Assembly (NCBI GenBank): GCA_964354085.1
Contig: CAYGYA010000017.1
Coordinates: forward strand, 961-64,960
Source of the DNA: an uncultured Methanosarcinales archaeon
GTDB lineage: Archaea; Nanobdellota; Nanobdellia; Woesearchaeales; SM23-78
Length of the DNA: 64,000 nt
Direction: 5' to 3'
Part shown: piece after piece, positions 54,486 through 62,778 of the stretch
How the letters are laid out: each line of letters opens with the position of its first letter
How positions within the stretch are numbered: the first letter of the stretch is position 1
Notes under the pieces: model-generated
Databases searched by the model: none
What the model was told of the DNA's origin: nothing
Seen by the model: only the letters and a program-made list of their open reading frames with translations
Made by a program: the position numbers and the translations under genes

Positions 54486-55670
54486 TTACCCCTTTATTTT
54501 GCCTGTTTTTGAATCATAGCGAGAAGGATATTCCTTTATTGTGCGCTCTGAAGAAGCTTTTGCTTCAATATTGCCTGGAAGCCAAAATCTTTCCTGCTGT
54601 CCTGGCTTGATGCTTGGTATGAGCTCCTGGTTATACTTCATAATGTCAATAATCTTGTTGAGGCTTATGTTGTTCCTTACCATTGCTTGCGCCAAACTTT
54701 CTCCTTGTTTTTTTACAAAAGAATTCTTAGGCTCTTTGCCTTTTTCAAATGATTCCAGGCTTGCTTGGGTTGTGTATTCTTCAGGTATGACTACCAGGTC
54801 GCCCATGAGAATTTCAATCCTGGGACCATTTCGAGTGCTTTCTATGCTCATATTATTATACTCTGCGAGCTTTCTCCAGTTTGATGAACCGCCTGTGTAT
54901 TTCTGCGCTATTCCTGCCAGAGTTTCTCCTCTTGTCTGAACAAAAACTCCAAGAATCTTATTACTTGATTGCCCTTGTTCTCTTATATAAGGAGCTAGGC
55001 TTTCTTCTTCTCCCTCTGCCCTGTTTTCCAGGCTTGGGCTGGTTGTGATTGCTTTCTTTAGTTGCTCATTCTCAAATTTAAGATTTTCAGTTTCCTTAGT
55101 AGCAAGTTCCAACTGGTTCTTGTACTCGAATTTCATGCCAGTAGTTTTTTCTAATTCGCCTATGATATTCCTTTTTTCATTCTCTTTTGCATCAAGCTCT
55201 TTTTTAGTATAGTCTTTTTGTTTCTGAAGCTCTTGCTCTGTCTGTTTGCTCTTTTCTTCTGCCTGCTTAACTTTCTCCTTGTTGTCAAGAGAATTTTTTA
55301 TTCCTTCATAGCCTTCTTTTACCTCTTCGACCACATAGGTTTTAGCTCCTCCTATCTTGTCAACAACTTCCCTTATATGGCAGACTCCGTATGATAATCC
55401 AATCACTGTTGTAAGAGCAACAGCTTTCCCTAGAAAGCCTCTCTCATTCTTCTCAGGCCCTTTCTTATATTTTACAAACTTATAAGCCTTAGAGCCGACA
55501 TAACCTGCTAATATAACAGGAGCAGCTATTACTGTGCCAGCTCCTATCAGTGTTTTTCTTAGAATATGCTTTTTCTTTGGTTGGCCACTTAATTGCTGGC
55601 TCATCTGAGCTCTTATTTCCTTTTCAGTAACCTGGTCCAGGCTCGGATCTTTTTTAAAAAAGTCATTCAT
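54486..55670 (-). CDS. Membrane protein with two TM segments, coiled coil and two LysM-like domains
   Basis: TMs are LIGAGTVIAAPVILAGYVG and AVALTTVIGLSYGV. LysM-like are TRGETLAGIAQKYTGGSSNWRKLAEYNNM...GDLVVIP and KQGESLAQAMVRNNISLNKIIDIMKYNQ...PGQQERFWLPG. Confidence 0.65.
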   Translation of the reverse strand: MNDFFKKDPSLDQVTEKEIRAQMSQQLSGQPKKKHILRKTLIGAGTVIAAPVILAGYVGSKAYKFVKYKKGPEKNERGFLGKAVALTTVIGLSYGVCHIREVVDKIGGAKTYVVEEVKEGYEGIKNSLDNKEKVKQAEEKSKQTEQELQKQKDYTKKELDAKENEKRNIIGELEKTTGMKFEYKNQLELATKETENLKFENEQLKKAITTSPSLENRAEGEEESLAPYIREQGQSSNKILGVFVQTRGETLAGIAQKYTGGSSNWRKLAEYNNMSIESTRNGPRIEILMGDLVVIPEEYTTQASLESFEKGKEPKNSFVKKQGESLAQAMVRNNISLNKIIDIMKYNQELIPSIKPGQQERFWLPGNIEAKASSERTIKEYPSRYDSKTGKIKG

Positions 55671-55864
55671 TGTACCATCCCTCCATTTTGTTTTAATTCT
55701 TTTTACAGAATTCTGTTTAGGTGAGGTGTTTAAAATAGGCTCCTGCGAAAAAATCGGAGAAAAAGCACAAAACCCGAAAGAATTAACAGGTTGTCCGGAA
55801 GAGGCTTATAAATCGCACAATAAAATCATGCTTGAAATAAACACAGAATAGACCTGATCAAAAA

Positions 55865-56299
55865 TCACTCATTAAAGAACTCTTCCTTTTTTATGTGCTC
55901 AACAACGTCATGGTGCTCTAGCTTCTGGATGTTGAAGTTTCTGAGTTCATCAAGAAAGATATAGAATTCTTTCATTGTGGGAAAAATCGCATCAATAAGG
56001 TAATCATAAGTGCTGATTCTGAACACAGAATTGATGTTCTTTTGGTCGTCAAGGTAGCTGAGCAATTCTTTCTTGTTCCTGCTCTTGACAAAAACAAAAT
56101 TCCTGTAGAAGAAGCCTATTTTCCTGAAGTCAATGAAGGATGAGTGCTTGGTTATGACCTTGTTTTTTCTAAGCTTCTGGTAGTTGTCAAAAACAGTTGT
56201 GACTGGGATGCCTGTCTCCCTGCTTATCTCGCTGAAGTTCTTTCTCGCATTATTCCTGAGGTGCTTTAGGATGAGAATGTTGTTATTGTTCATCTTCAT
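55865..56299 (-). CDS. Lrp/AsnC-family transcription regulator
   Basis: ILILKHLRNNARKNFSEISRETGIPVTTVFDNYQKLRKNKVI is an HTH_AsnC pattern, followed by a RAM-like C-domain. Start taken at MKMNNNN (ATG at 56299). Confidence 0.75.
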   Translation of the reverse strand: MKMNNNNILILKHLRNNARKNFSEISRETGIPVTTVFDNYQKLRKNKVITKHSSFIDFRKIGFFYRNFVFVKSRNKKELLSYLDDQKNINSVFRISTYDYLIDAIFPTMKEFYIFLDELRNFNIQKLEHHDVVEHIKKEEFFNE

Positions 56300-56389
56300 G
56301 AAAAAAAGAATGGAACCACCCATTAATAAACCCTCGCAAAGAAAAAACGAAAAAATTACGGCAAACACAGAAAATTATTAAAAGCAATT

Positions 56390-56659
56390 ATGCACACTAT
56401 ATATTATATGATGGCTAAAGATAAGGATAATAAGGATAATAAAGAAGAGAAATCTTTGAAAGAAGAAAAAGAGCACGCTGATAAAAAAGAGGATGTTGCT
56501 GTCCTGAAAAAGAAGATAGAATACCTTGAAGAAGAGCTTGTTAGAAAGGATAAGCAGTTAGAGAAATTAAAACAAGAAAATCTTATCCTGTTTAAGACAG
56601 CTCTCAAGCATTCTGAAAGAAAAGTTGATAATAAAATAATAGAAGAGAAGAAAGCATGA
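56390..56659 (+). CDS. Small K/E-rich coiled-coil protein
   Basis: 89 aa. ATGA overlap with the ksgA start at 56656. Confidence 0.45.
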   Translation: MHTIYYMMAKDKDNKDNKEEKSLKEEKEHADKKEDVAVLKKKIEYLEEELVRKDKQLEKLKQENLILFKTALKHSERKVDNKIIEEKKA

Positions 56660-57408
56660 TTCCTCCTCTTAAATTAGACCAGCATTTTCTAAAAGATGAG
56701 AATGTTCTTGGCAAGATAGTTGATGCTGCGCAAATAAAGCCGGATGATGCAATCTTGGAAATAGGCCCTGGCAAGGGAATACTAACTGCTGAGCTGGCTA
56801 AAAAAGCAGAAAAAGTAGTGGCAATAGAGTTAGATGAAGAATTCAAGCTATTTCTTGACAAGATGCCAGCTAATGTTGAAGTAAAATACGGCAATGCTCT
56901 TGAGCTCATTGACAAGATTAATTTTAACAAAATAGTTGCCAATATACCTTATAATATAACAGAGCCTTTGTTTGGCAAGCTCTTAAGAACAAGAGTTGAA
57001 ATTACAGTATTATTAATAGGCAAGAACTTCTACAATATATTAACAGGCAAGGACAGCAAATGGTCAGTCATAATCCCGGTTTTCTTTGATGTCACTAAAG
57101 TTGTTGATGTTCCCAGATGGTTTTTTGAACCAATGCCAAGAACAGACTCAGTCGTTATCCTGCTTAAAAAAAGACAAGCCCAGTTAGGCCTCGCAGAGCA
57201 AATAATAAAAGAGTTTGTGCTGCAAGAAGATAAGAAAGTCTTTAACGCGCTGGCTGAAGCGTTTGTAAGGATTGAGAAATTAACTCAAAAACAAGCAAAA
57301 GAAAAGGTTTCTGAACTTAAACTGCCTGATAAATTGTTTGACAAAAAGGTAGCTTACCTGTCAAATAGGCAGTTTCTAACTATTTCCGGCAAAATCCGAA
57401 AACTATAA
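56656..57408 (+). CDS. rsmA: 16S/18S rRNA (adenine-N6,N6)-dimethyltransferase KsgA/Dim1
   Basis: LDQHFLKDENVLGKIV, SAM motif ILEIGPGKGILT, VVAIELDEEF and the NIPYNIT catalytic motif. Confidence 0.9.
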   Translation: MIPPLKLDQHFLKDENVLGKIVDAAQIKPDDAILEIGPGKGILTAELAKKAEKVVAIELDEEFKLFLDKMPANVEVKYGNALELIDKINFNKIVANIPYNITEPLFGKLLRTRVEITVLLIGKNFYNILTGKDSKWSVIIPVFFDVTKVVDVPRWFFEPMPRTDSVVILLKKRQAQLGLAEQIIKEFVLQEDKKVFNALAEAFVRIEKLTQKQAKEKVSELKLPDKLFDKKVAYLSNRQFLTISGKIRKL

Positions 57409-57455
57409 AAATAACCTCCTCAAAGGTTAGGTTTAAGGTTTAAGGGGTAATATTT

Positions 57456-58010
57456 ATGCATCCTGAAGATGAAGAACCACAAGAAGATATAACTGGAGTT
57501 TATGACGAGGAAGGAAGGGAGGATCTCATGACAGACGATGAGATTAAGCCTGAGGAAGAAGCCTTTATGGCAGGCTATGAGTCAGAGGAAGAGAAGAAAG
57601 AGGAACCTGCTGATGTGTATGATAAGGCTTTTGATGAGGAACAAGCAGAGAAGAAAGGAAAGAAAGCTTCAAAGCCAGCTCCTAAGAAAACAGCAAGTAA
57701 AAAAATTGCTGGTTCAAAAAACAAGCGTTTTTTGAAAGCTGTGAAAAAGGCCAAGCCAGCTAAGAAAAAAGCTAAGAAGAAACCTGTTAAGAAAAAAGCA
57801 AAGCCTAAGAAAACAGCAAGTAAAAAACTTGCTGGTTCAAAAAACAAGAGTTTTTTGAAAAAGGCAGCTAAGAAAAAAGCTGTCAAGAAAGCCAAGAAGA
57901 AGGTTGTAAAGAAAAAAGCAGTTAAGAAAAAACCTGCTAAAAAGGTTAAGCCAAAGAAGAAGGTTGCTAAGAAAAAGTCTGCCAAGAAAAGTAAGAAAAA
58001 GAAGAAGTAG
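57456..58010 (+). CDS. Bipartite acidic-N / lysine-rich-C protein (histone-H1-like AKKK tail) with internal 41-aa repeat
   Basis: The N-terminal 60 aa are D/E-rich. The C-terminal 120 aa are K/A/P-rich (PAKKKAKKKPVKKKAKPKK). The repeat is described in the next feature. Confidence 0.6.
   Translation: MHPEDEEPQEDITGVYDEEGREDLMTDDEIKPEEEAFMAGYESEEEKKEEPADVYDKAFDEEQAEKKGKKASKPAPKKTASKKIAGSKNKRFLKAVKKAKPAKKKAKKKPVKKKAKPKKTASKKLAGSKNKSFLKKAAKKKAVKKAKKKVVKKKAVKKKPAKKVKPKKKVAKKKSAKKSKKKKK
57681..57860 (+). repeat. Direct repeat, two 57-bp copies spaced 123 bp apart, inside the lysine-rich gene
   Basis: cctaagaaaacagcaagtaaaaaaAttgctggttcaaaaaacaagCgttttttgaaa at 57681-57737 recurs at 57804-57860 with two substitutions. 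It encodes PKKTASKK(I/L)AGSKNK(R/S)FLK. Confidence 0.8.
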
Positions 58011-58078
58011 AAATAACATTAATCGTCATAACAAACTCAAGCACAGATAACTATCCACTCTGTAATACCTGTTTCTGT

Positions 58079-60043
58079 TTATTTGATTGCTTTATCCTTA
58101 ACCTCGAGAAGCAGCTCTTTGATGAACTCATCAACTTTTTTCTCTCCAAGCACTTCGCTGTTCCTGGTCCTAACATTAACGCTGTGATTCTCTATTTCTC
58201 TATCCCCGACAACAAGGATATAATTAACTCTTTCAACCTGAGCATCCCTGACTTTCTTGTTAGTGCTTTCTGAGCGCTCATCAACCTCAATTCTCAAGCC
58301 AGCTTTGCGCATCTCATCAGCAACTTTTTTTGCATATTCCATGTGCCTGTCTGCTATTGGCAGTATCTTGATTTGTATCGGGCTTATCCATAGCGGCAGC
58401 TTGCCTGCAAAATGCTCTAGCAATACTCCCATGAATCTTTCTGTGCTGCCTATTATTGTCCTGTGTATCATTACTGGCCTGTGCCTAAAACCATCCTTTC
58501 CTTCATAGGTCAGGTCGAATTTCTCAGGCATCTGGAAATCTAATTGAATTGTGCCGCACTGCCATGTCCTTCCAATAGCATCCTTGAGATGGAAATCTAT
58601 TTTTGGGCCGTAGAATGAGCCTTCTCCCTCATTTAACTTATATTTTTTGCCAGTGCTATCCAAGACTTTTTTTAGCTTGCTCTCTGCAAGATCCCACAGC
58701 TTTGGATCTCCCATAGCATTTTCTGGGCGCGTTGATAATTCCATGTGATATTCAAACTTGAATGTGCTATACATCTCTGCCATGAAGTCAATGAGTTCCT
58801 GGATTTGCTCTTCAATCTGCTCTTCTGTGCAGAATATGTGGGCATCATCCTGGGTAAAGCATCTGACCCTGAACAAGCCGTTAAGCACTCCTGATAATTC
58901 ATGCCTGTGAACAAGCCCGAATTCTCCTGCCTTTATCGGCAGTTCCCTGTAAGAATGAAGTGTTGTTTTGTAGATGAGGATGTTGCCTGGGCAGTTCATT
59001 GGCTTGACTGCAAAGTCAGCATTATCAACCTTGGTAAAGTACATATTATCCTTGTAATGGTCCCAGTGGCCTGACTGAATCCACAAGTTCTTGTTCAATA
59101 TCATTGGCGTCTTGTTTATCTGGTAGCCTCTCTTGAGCATTAGTTCTGTTGTGTAATTAACAAGAGCAGTCCATATGAAATTTCCTTTATCATGGTAGAA
59201 AACCATGCCTGGAGCTTCGTCGTGAAAGCTGAAAAGATTCATTTCCCGGCCTATTCTCTTGTGGTCTCTCTTTTTTGCTTCTTCAATCCTTGCCAAATAA
59301 TCTGCAAGCATCTTCTTGTCAGGAAAGCTTATTGCATAAATTCTTGTGAGCATCTTCTTGGTGCTGTCTCCTCTCCAATAGGCTCCTGCTAGTTTGAGCA
59401 ACTTTATCGCTCCTATGATGCCAGAACTAGGGACATGCGGTCCTCTGCATAAGTCCTCGAATTCTCCGAGCTTGTAAGTGGTTAGTTTTTCACCAACTGG
59501 CAAATCATTTATCAAGTCAACCTTGTAAGGCTCATCCTTGAACAGATTAAGCCCTTCTTCCCTGGTTATTTCTCTTCTTGTAAAATGCAGTTTCTCATGG
59601 ATTATTTTCTTAATCTCATCCTCTATCTTTGCAAAGTCCTCATCACTAATCTTTAAATTATCAAAATCATAATAGAATCCGTCCTCAATATTAGGGCCGA
59701 TAGCTACTTTCACGTCTTTATACAGCCTCTTGACAGCTAATGCCATCACATGGCTGCTTGAATGCCTGAAAACATCCATTCCTTCCTTATCATCAAAGGT
59801 CAAGACGCTGAAATCTCCGCCCTCTGTGATAGGCAGGGACAAATCAATTGCTTTGCCATTCAGCTTTGCAATTAGAACTTTATCTGCTTGTTTCCTGAAG
59901 TGCTGCTTAACAATTTCCTGAGCAATGGTTCCCTTAGCAAATTCTGCTTCTGAGCTGTCAGGGAATTTCAACTTTATGCTACCATCTGCTTGGCTCTTCA
60001 TGCTTTCTTGCTCCTTGTTTTCGCCTTTTTTCTTTCCAGCCAT
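58079..60043 (-). CDS. thrS: Threonyl-tRNA synthetase, bacterial-type architecture (TGS, SAD editing domain, class II core, anticodon-binding domain)
   Basis: FRHSSSHVMALAV (editing His motif), RGPHVPSSG, FGLVHRHELSG (motif 2), GSFYGPKIDF, IHRTIIGSTERF (motif 3). Confidence 0.95.
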   Translation of the reverse strand: MAGKKKGENKEQESMKSQADGSIKLKFPDSSEAEFAKGTIAQEIVKQHFRKQADKVLIAKLNGKAIDLSLPITEGGDFSVLTFDDKEGMDVFRHSSSHVMALAVKRLYKDVKVAIGPNIEDGFYYDFDNLKISDEDFAKIEDEIKKIIHEKLHFTRREITREEGLNLFKDEPYKVDLINDLPVGEKLTTYKLGEFEDLCRGPHVPSSGIIGAIKLLKLAGAYWRGDSTKKMLTRIYAISFPDKKMLADYLARIEEAKKRDHKRIGREMNLFSFHDEAPGMVFYHDKGNFIWTALVNYTTELMLKRGYQINKTPMILNKNLWIQSGHWDHYKDNMYFTKVDNADFAVKPMNCPGNILIYKTTLHSYRELPIKAGEFGLVHRHELSGVLNGLFRVRCFTQDDAHIFCTEEQIEEQIQELIDFMAEMYSTFKFEYHMELSTRPENAMGDPKLWDLAESKLKKVLDSTGKKYKLNEGEGSFYGPKIDFHLKDAIGRTWQCGTIQLDFQMPEKFDLTYEGKDGFRHRPVMIHRTIIGSTERFMGVLLEHFAGKLPLWISPIQIKILPIADRHMEYAKKVADEMRKAGLRIEVDERSESTNKKVRDAQVERVNYILVVGDREIENHSVNVRTRNSEVLGEKKVDEFIKELLLEVKDKAIK

Positions 60044-60107
60044 TCTAAAACCCCAGAGTCTAATCTATTTTATAAACGTTTTGGGTAAAGGAGAAAAAAT
60101 AATGCCT

Positions 60108-60305
60108 TTATCGCTTGCCAACGGTGTACTGGTAAGTGTTTCTCTTTCCAGTGTTTCTGTACCTTATGAGATTAGTCTTTCGCAATTTCTTCAAAGACAT
60201 GGTTACTGAGCCAATGCTCACCTTGAGCCTTTCAGATATCTGCCTTGAAGTGAACCATTTGCCTTTGTTCTTGCATAGAAAATCATAAACTTCTTGCTGT
60301 CCCAT
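60108..60305 (-). CDS. Small winged-helix protein (65 aa)
   Basis: VYDFLCKNKGKWFTSRQISERLKVSIGSVTMSLKKLRKTNLIRYR is an HTH plus wing. The SD GAGGTGA lies 3 nt upstream of the ATG. Confidence 0.6.
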   Translation of the reverse strand: MGQQEVYDFLCKNKGKWFTSRQISERLKVSIGSVTMSLKKLRKTNLIRYRNTGKRNTYQYTVGKR

Positions 60306-60435
60306 AATTCACCTCAGTGTATGGGGCTCAAAAAAGCACAAACTTTTTTGTTGTCCCATTTCACCCTCCTCTTTTATTATTAAATGACACTAAGAGTATA
60401 TAAGCCTTTCTCTTTTTAAACCCTCAGTCCTCTTT

Positions 60436-60603
60436 TCACCAGGTAATGAGTGATATCAGAACCATTACAAAGCCTACTCCCTCACCTATCCAGGCGTAGA
60501 GCTCGTACTGTGTCAGGCTCTTGAAATAAGCCTGCACCTTAATAAGAGTCTGGTTAAACCAGAGCTTGACTTTCTGGATAATCTGGTTAACATTCAAATC
60601 CAT
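60436..60603 (-). CDS. Possible small membrane protein (55 aa, below the ORF-track cutoff)
   Basis: My own translation is MDLNVNQIIQKVKLWFNQTLIKVQAYFKSLTQYELYAWIGEGVGFVMVLISLITW*. An amphipathic helix is followed by a C-terminal TM. Support is limited to an intact ORF in an otherwise empty 420-bp gap. Confidence 0.3.
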   Translation of the reverse strand: MDLNVNQIIQKVKLWFNQTLIKVQAYFKSLTQYELYAWIGEGVGFVMVLISLITW

Positions 60604-60725
60604 ACAATAAACCCTGAATTCTTGAATATATAAAGTTTTGTATTGAGTAGAGAGTTAGAAATGGCTTTTAGGTTCAATAACCTTTTTAAACCATCATCTT
60701 ATTCTCACATTATCGAGGTGTTATC

Positions 60726-62177
60726 ATGTCAGAGCAAAAAGAAAAAATCAGTCCTAAAAAGATTAATGATCACTTGTTTGAGATAGAGAAATCTGGGTGC
60801 ATGAAAGTTCCTGTCAGGATTTATGCCAGTGAAAAGCTTATGAAGAAGCTCGGTGAGGATTCTAGCCTACAGCAGGGGATGAATGTTGCTTGCTTGCCAG
60901 GAATTTATGGCAAGAGTATCATGCTGCCAGATGCTCATCAGGGCTATGGCTTTAGTATTGGCGGAGTTGCTGCCCTTGACTTTGAGAACGGATGCATCAG
61001 CCCTGGAGGAATTGGCTTTGACATTAACTGCGGAGTTCGCTTATTAACCACTCCTCTGAAGAAAGAGGATGTTGAGCCTAAGATTAAGGAGCTAATTGAG
61101 TCAATGTTCAGGAATGTTCCTAGCGGCGTAGGTAGTGAGAGCTTCTTGCGCCTTAACAATCAGGAGCTTGATGATGTTCTTAACAGAGGAGCTGAATGGG
61201 CTGTTGAGCAAGGCTATGGATTCAAAGAGGATTTGGAGCGCTGCGAAGAAGGAGGAAGCATGAAAGATGCTGATGCCAGTAAAGTAAGCCAAAGAGCCAA
61301 GTCAAGGGGAAGAGAGCAGCTCGGCACACTAGGAGCAGGCAATCATTTTCTTGAAGTGCAGTTTGTCGAGCATATTTATGACAAGAAAGTAGCAGAGGCT
61401 TTTGGCATAACACAAGAAGGACAGGTTACTGTGATGATTCACTGCGGCTCAAGAGGATTAGGACATCAGGTTTGCTCTGATTACCTGAGAGAAATGGAAG
61501 AAGCAGATCCTCAACTTGCAAAGAGTCTGCCTGAGAAGGATTTGATTTATGCAAAAGCAGGCACTCAGCTGGCTAAGAATTATTTTGGGGCAATGGCTGC
61601 AAGTGCTAATTATGCATGGGCTAACAGGCACATAATCGCTCACCAGGTCAGGAAGAGCTTTAAGCAAGTTCTTGGAATAGAGCCTGAGAATATAAAAACT
61701 GTTTATGATGTTGCACATAACATTGCGAAGATTGAAGAGCATATTATTGACGGAACTAAGAGAAAAGTTTATGTTCACAGAAAAGGAGCTACCAGGAGTT
61801 TGCCAGCAGGCAATCCTGATGTGCCTGAGGTTTACAGGAGTGTTGGTCAGCCTGTTATTATCCCTGGAAGCATGGGAACATCAAGCTACTTGCTCGTCGG
61901 CACACAAGGGGCTTTGGATGAGACCTTTGGAAGCACTGCTCACGGAGCAGGAAGAGTGATGAGCAGGACAGAAGCTCTTAGAAGCTTCAGGGGAGAGCAG
62001 ATAAAGAAGGACTTGGCAGATCACTGCATCTATCTCAGGTCAGGCAGTATGAAAGGAGTGGCTGAAGAAGCTCCTGCTGTTTACAAGGACATTGATGAAG
62101 TAGTTAAGGTAAGCCATGAAGCAGGCATAGGCAACTTGGTAGCAAAGCTAAGACCTATTGGCGTTATAAAGGGCTAG
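60726..62177 (+). CDS. rtcB: RtcB 3'-phosphate RNA ligase (tRNA splicing ligase), no intein
   Basis: PDAHQGYGFSIGGV, GGIGFDINCGVR, GAGNHFLEVQ, HCGSRGLGHQV, PGSMGT, HGAGR. The SD GAGGTG lies 7 nt upstream. Confidence 0.95.
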   Translation: MSEQKEKISPKKINDHLFEIEKSGCMKVPVRIYASEKLMKKLGEDSSLQQGMNVACLPGIYGKSIMLPDAHQGYGFSIGGVAALDFENGCISPGGIGFDINCGVRLLTTPLKKEDVEPKIKELIESMFRNVPSGVGSESFLRLNNQELDDVLNRGAEWAVEQGYGFKEDLERCEEGGSMKDADASKVSQRAKSRGREQLGTLGAGNHFLEVQFVEHIYDKKVAEAFGITQEGQVTVMIHCGSRGLGHQVCSDYLREMEEADPQLAKSLPEKDLIYAKAGTQLAKNYFGAMAASANYAWANRHIIAHQVRKSFKQVLGIEPENIKTVYDVAHNIAKIEEHIIDGTKRKVYVHRKGATRSLPAGNPDVPEVYRSVGQPVIIPGSMGTSSYLLVGTQGALDETFGSTAHGAGRVMSRTEALRSFRGEQIKKDLADHCIYLRSGSMKGVAEEAPAVYKDIDEVVKVSHEAGIGNLVAKLRPIGVIKG

Positions 62178-62208
62178 AAATCCTTAGACAAACTCTCCAG
62201 AATAGAAA

Positions 62209-62730
62209 TCAGAGGTTATTTATAATTAGTTCTGCTCTTTCTTTCACACTAACTGCTGGAATCATTATTATCTCATGGCCTTTGCTCTCATATGCTTGTT
62301 TGATTAACCTTGAAATAACCTTGGCTTCATCCCTGTCTTTCTCAGCTCTGAAGCCTTCCTTGTCAAAGAAATTCAAGGGCTCAAGGAAAAAGACTTTTTC
62401 ATATTTGTAATTCTTGGCTTTTTTTGCAAGTTCTTCTGGTACTTCCTGTTTTCTATGCAGAAAAAAAGCCAGGATGTCATGCACTCCTCTGTCCAGGAAA
62501 ACAATACTAGTGCCTTCTGGGATTCTTGATTCATGCTCAAACTGCGACCTGAGCAGAGCTGGCTGGAAATCCTGTCTTAGCCACGGCTCACTAATGCCTT
62601 TTTCTTGCTGCTCAAGAATATGTGACTTGGCAAGTTCCTTGATAACATGAAAGCCTCTGGCTTCAAGCTCTTGAATTAGAGTTGATTTGCCAGCGCAAGA
62701 AGGGCCTGTTATTATGTATTTCTTGATCAT
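62209..62730 (-). CDS. P-loop NTPase of the AAA_28/COG3911-like predicted ATPase family, paralogue 1
   Basis: IITGPSCAGKSTLIQELEARGFHVIKE, FLDRGVHDILAF, YEKVFFLEPL. Confidence 0.6.
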   Translation of the reverse strand: MIKKYIITGPSCAGKSTLIQELEARGFHVIKELAKSHILEQQEKGISEPWLRQDFQPALLRSQFEHESRIPEGTSIVFLDRGVHDILAFFLHRKQEVPEELAKKAKNYKYEKVFFLEPLNFFDKEGFRAEKDRDEAKVISRLIKQAYESKGHEIIMIPAVSVKERAELIINNL

Positions 62731-62778
62731 TGTGATGAATTTAGTTCTGTTCTTATTATTAAATGTTTCTGGTAAACA

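Noticed and set aside
57575-57985. 136-aa F/L-rich minus-strand ORF
   Set aside because: It is the reverse complement of the AAG/AAA-rich lysine tail gene, where TTT/CTT codons arise automatically.
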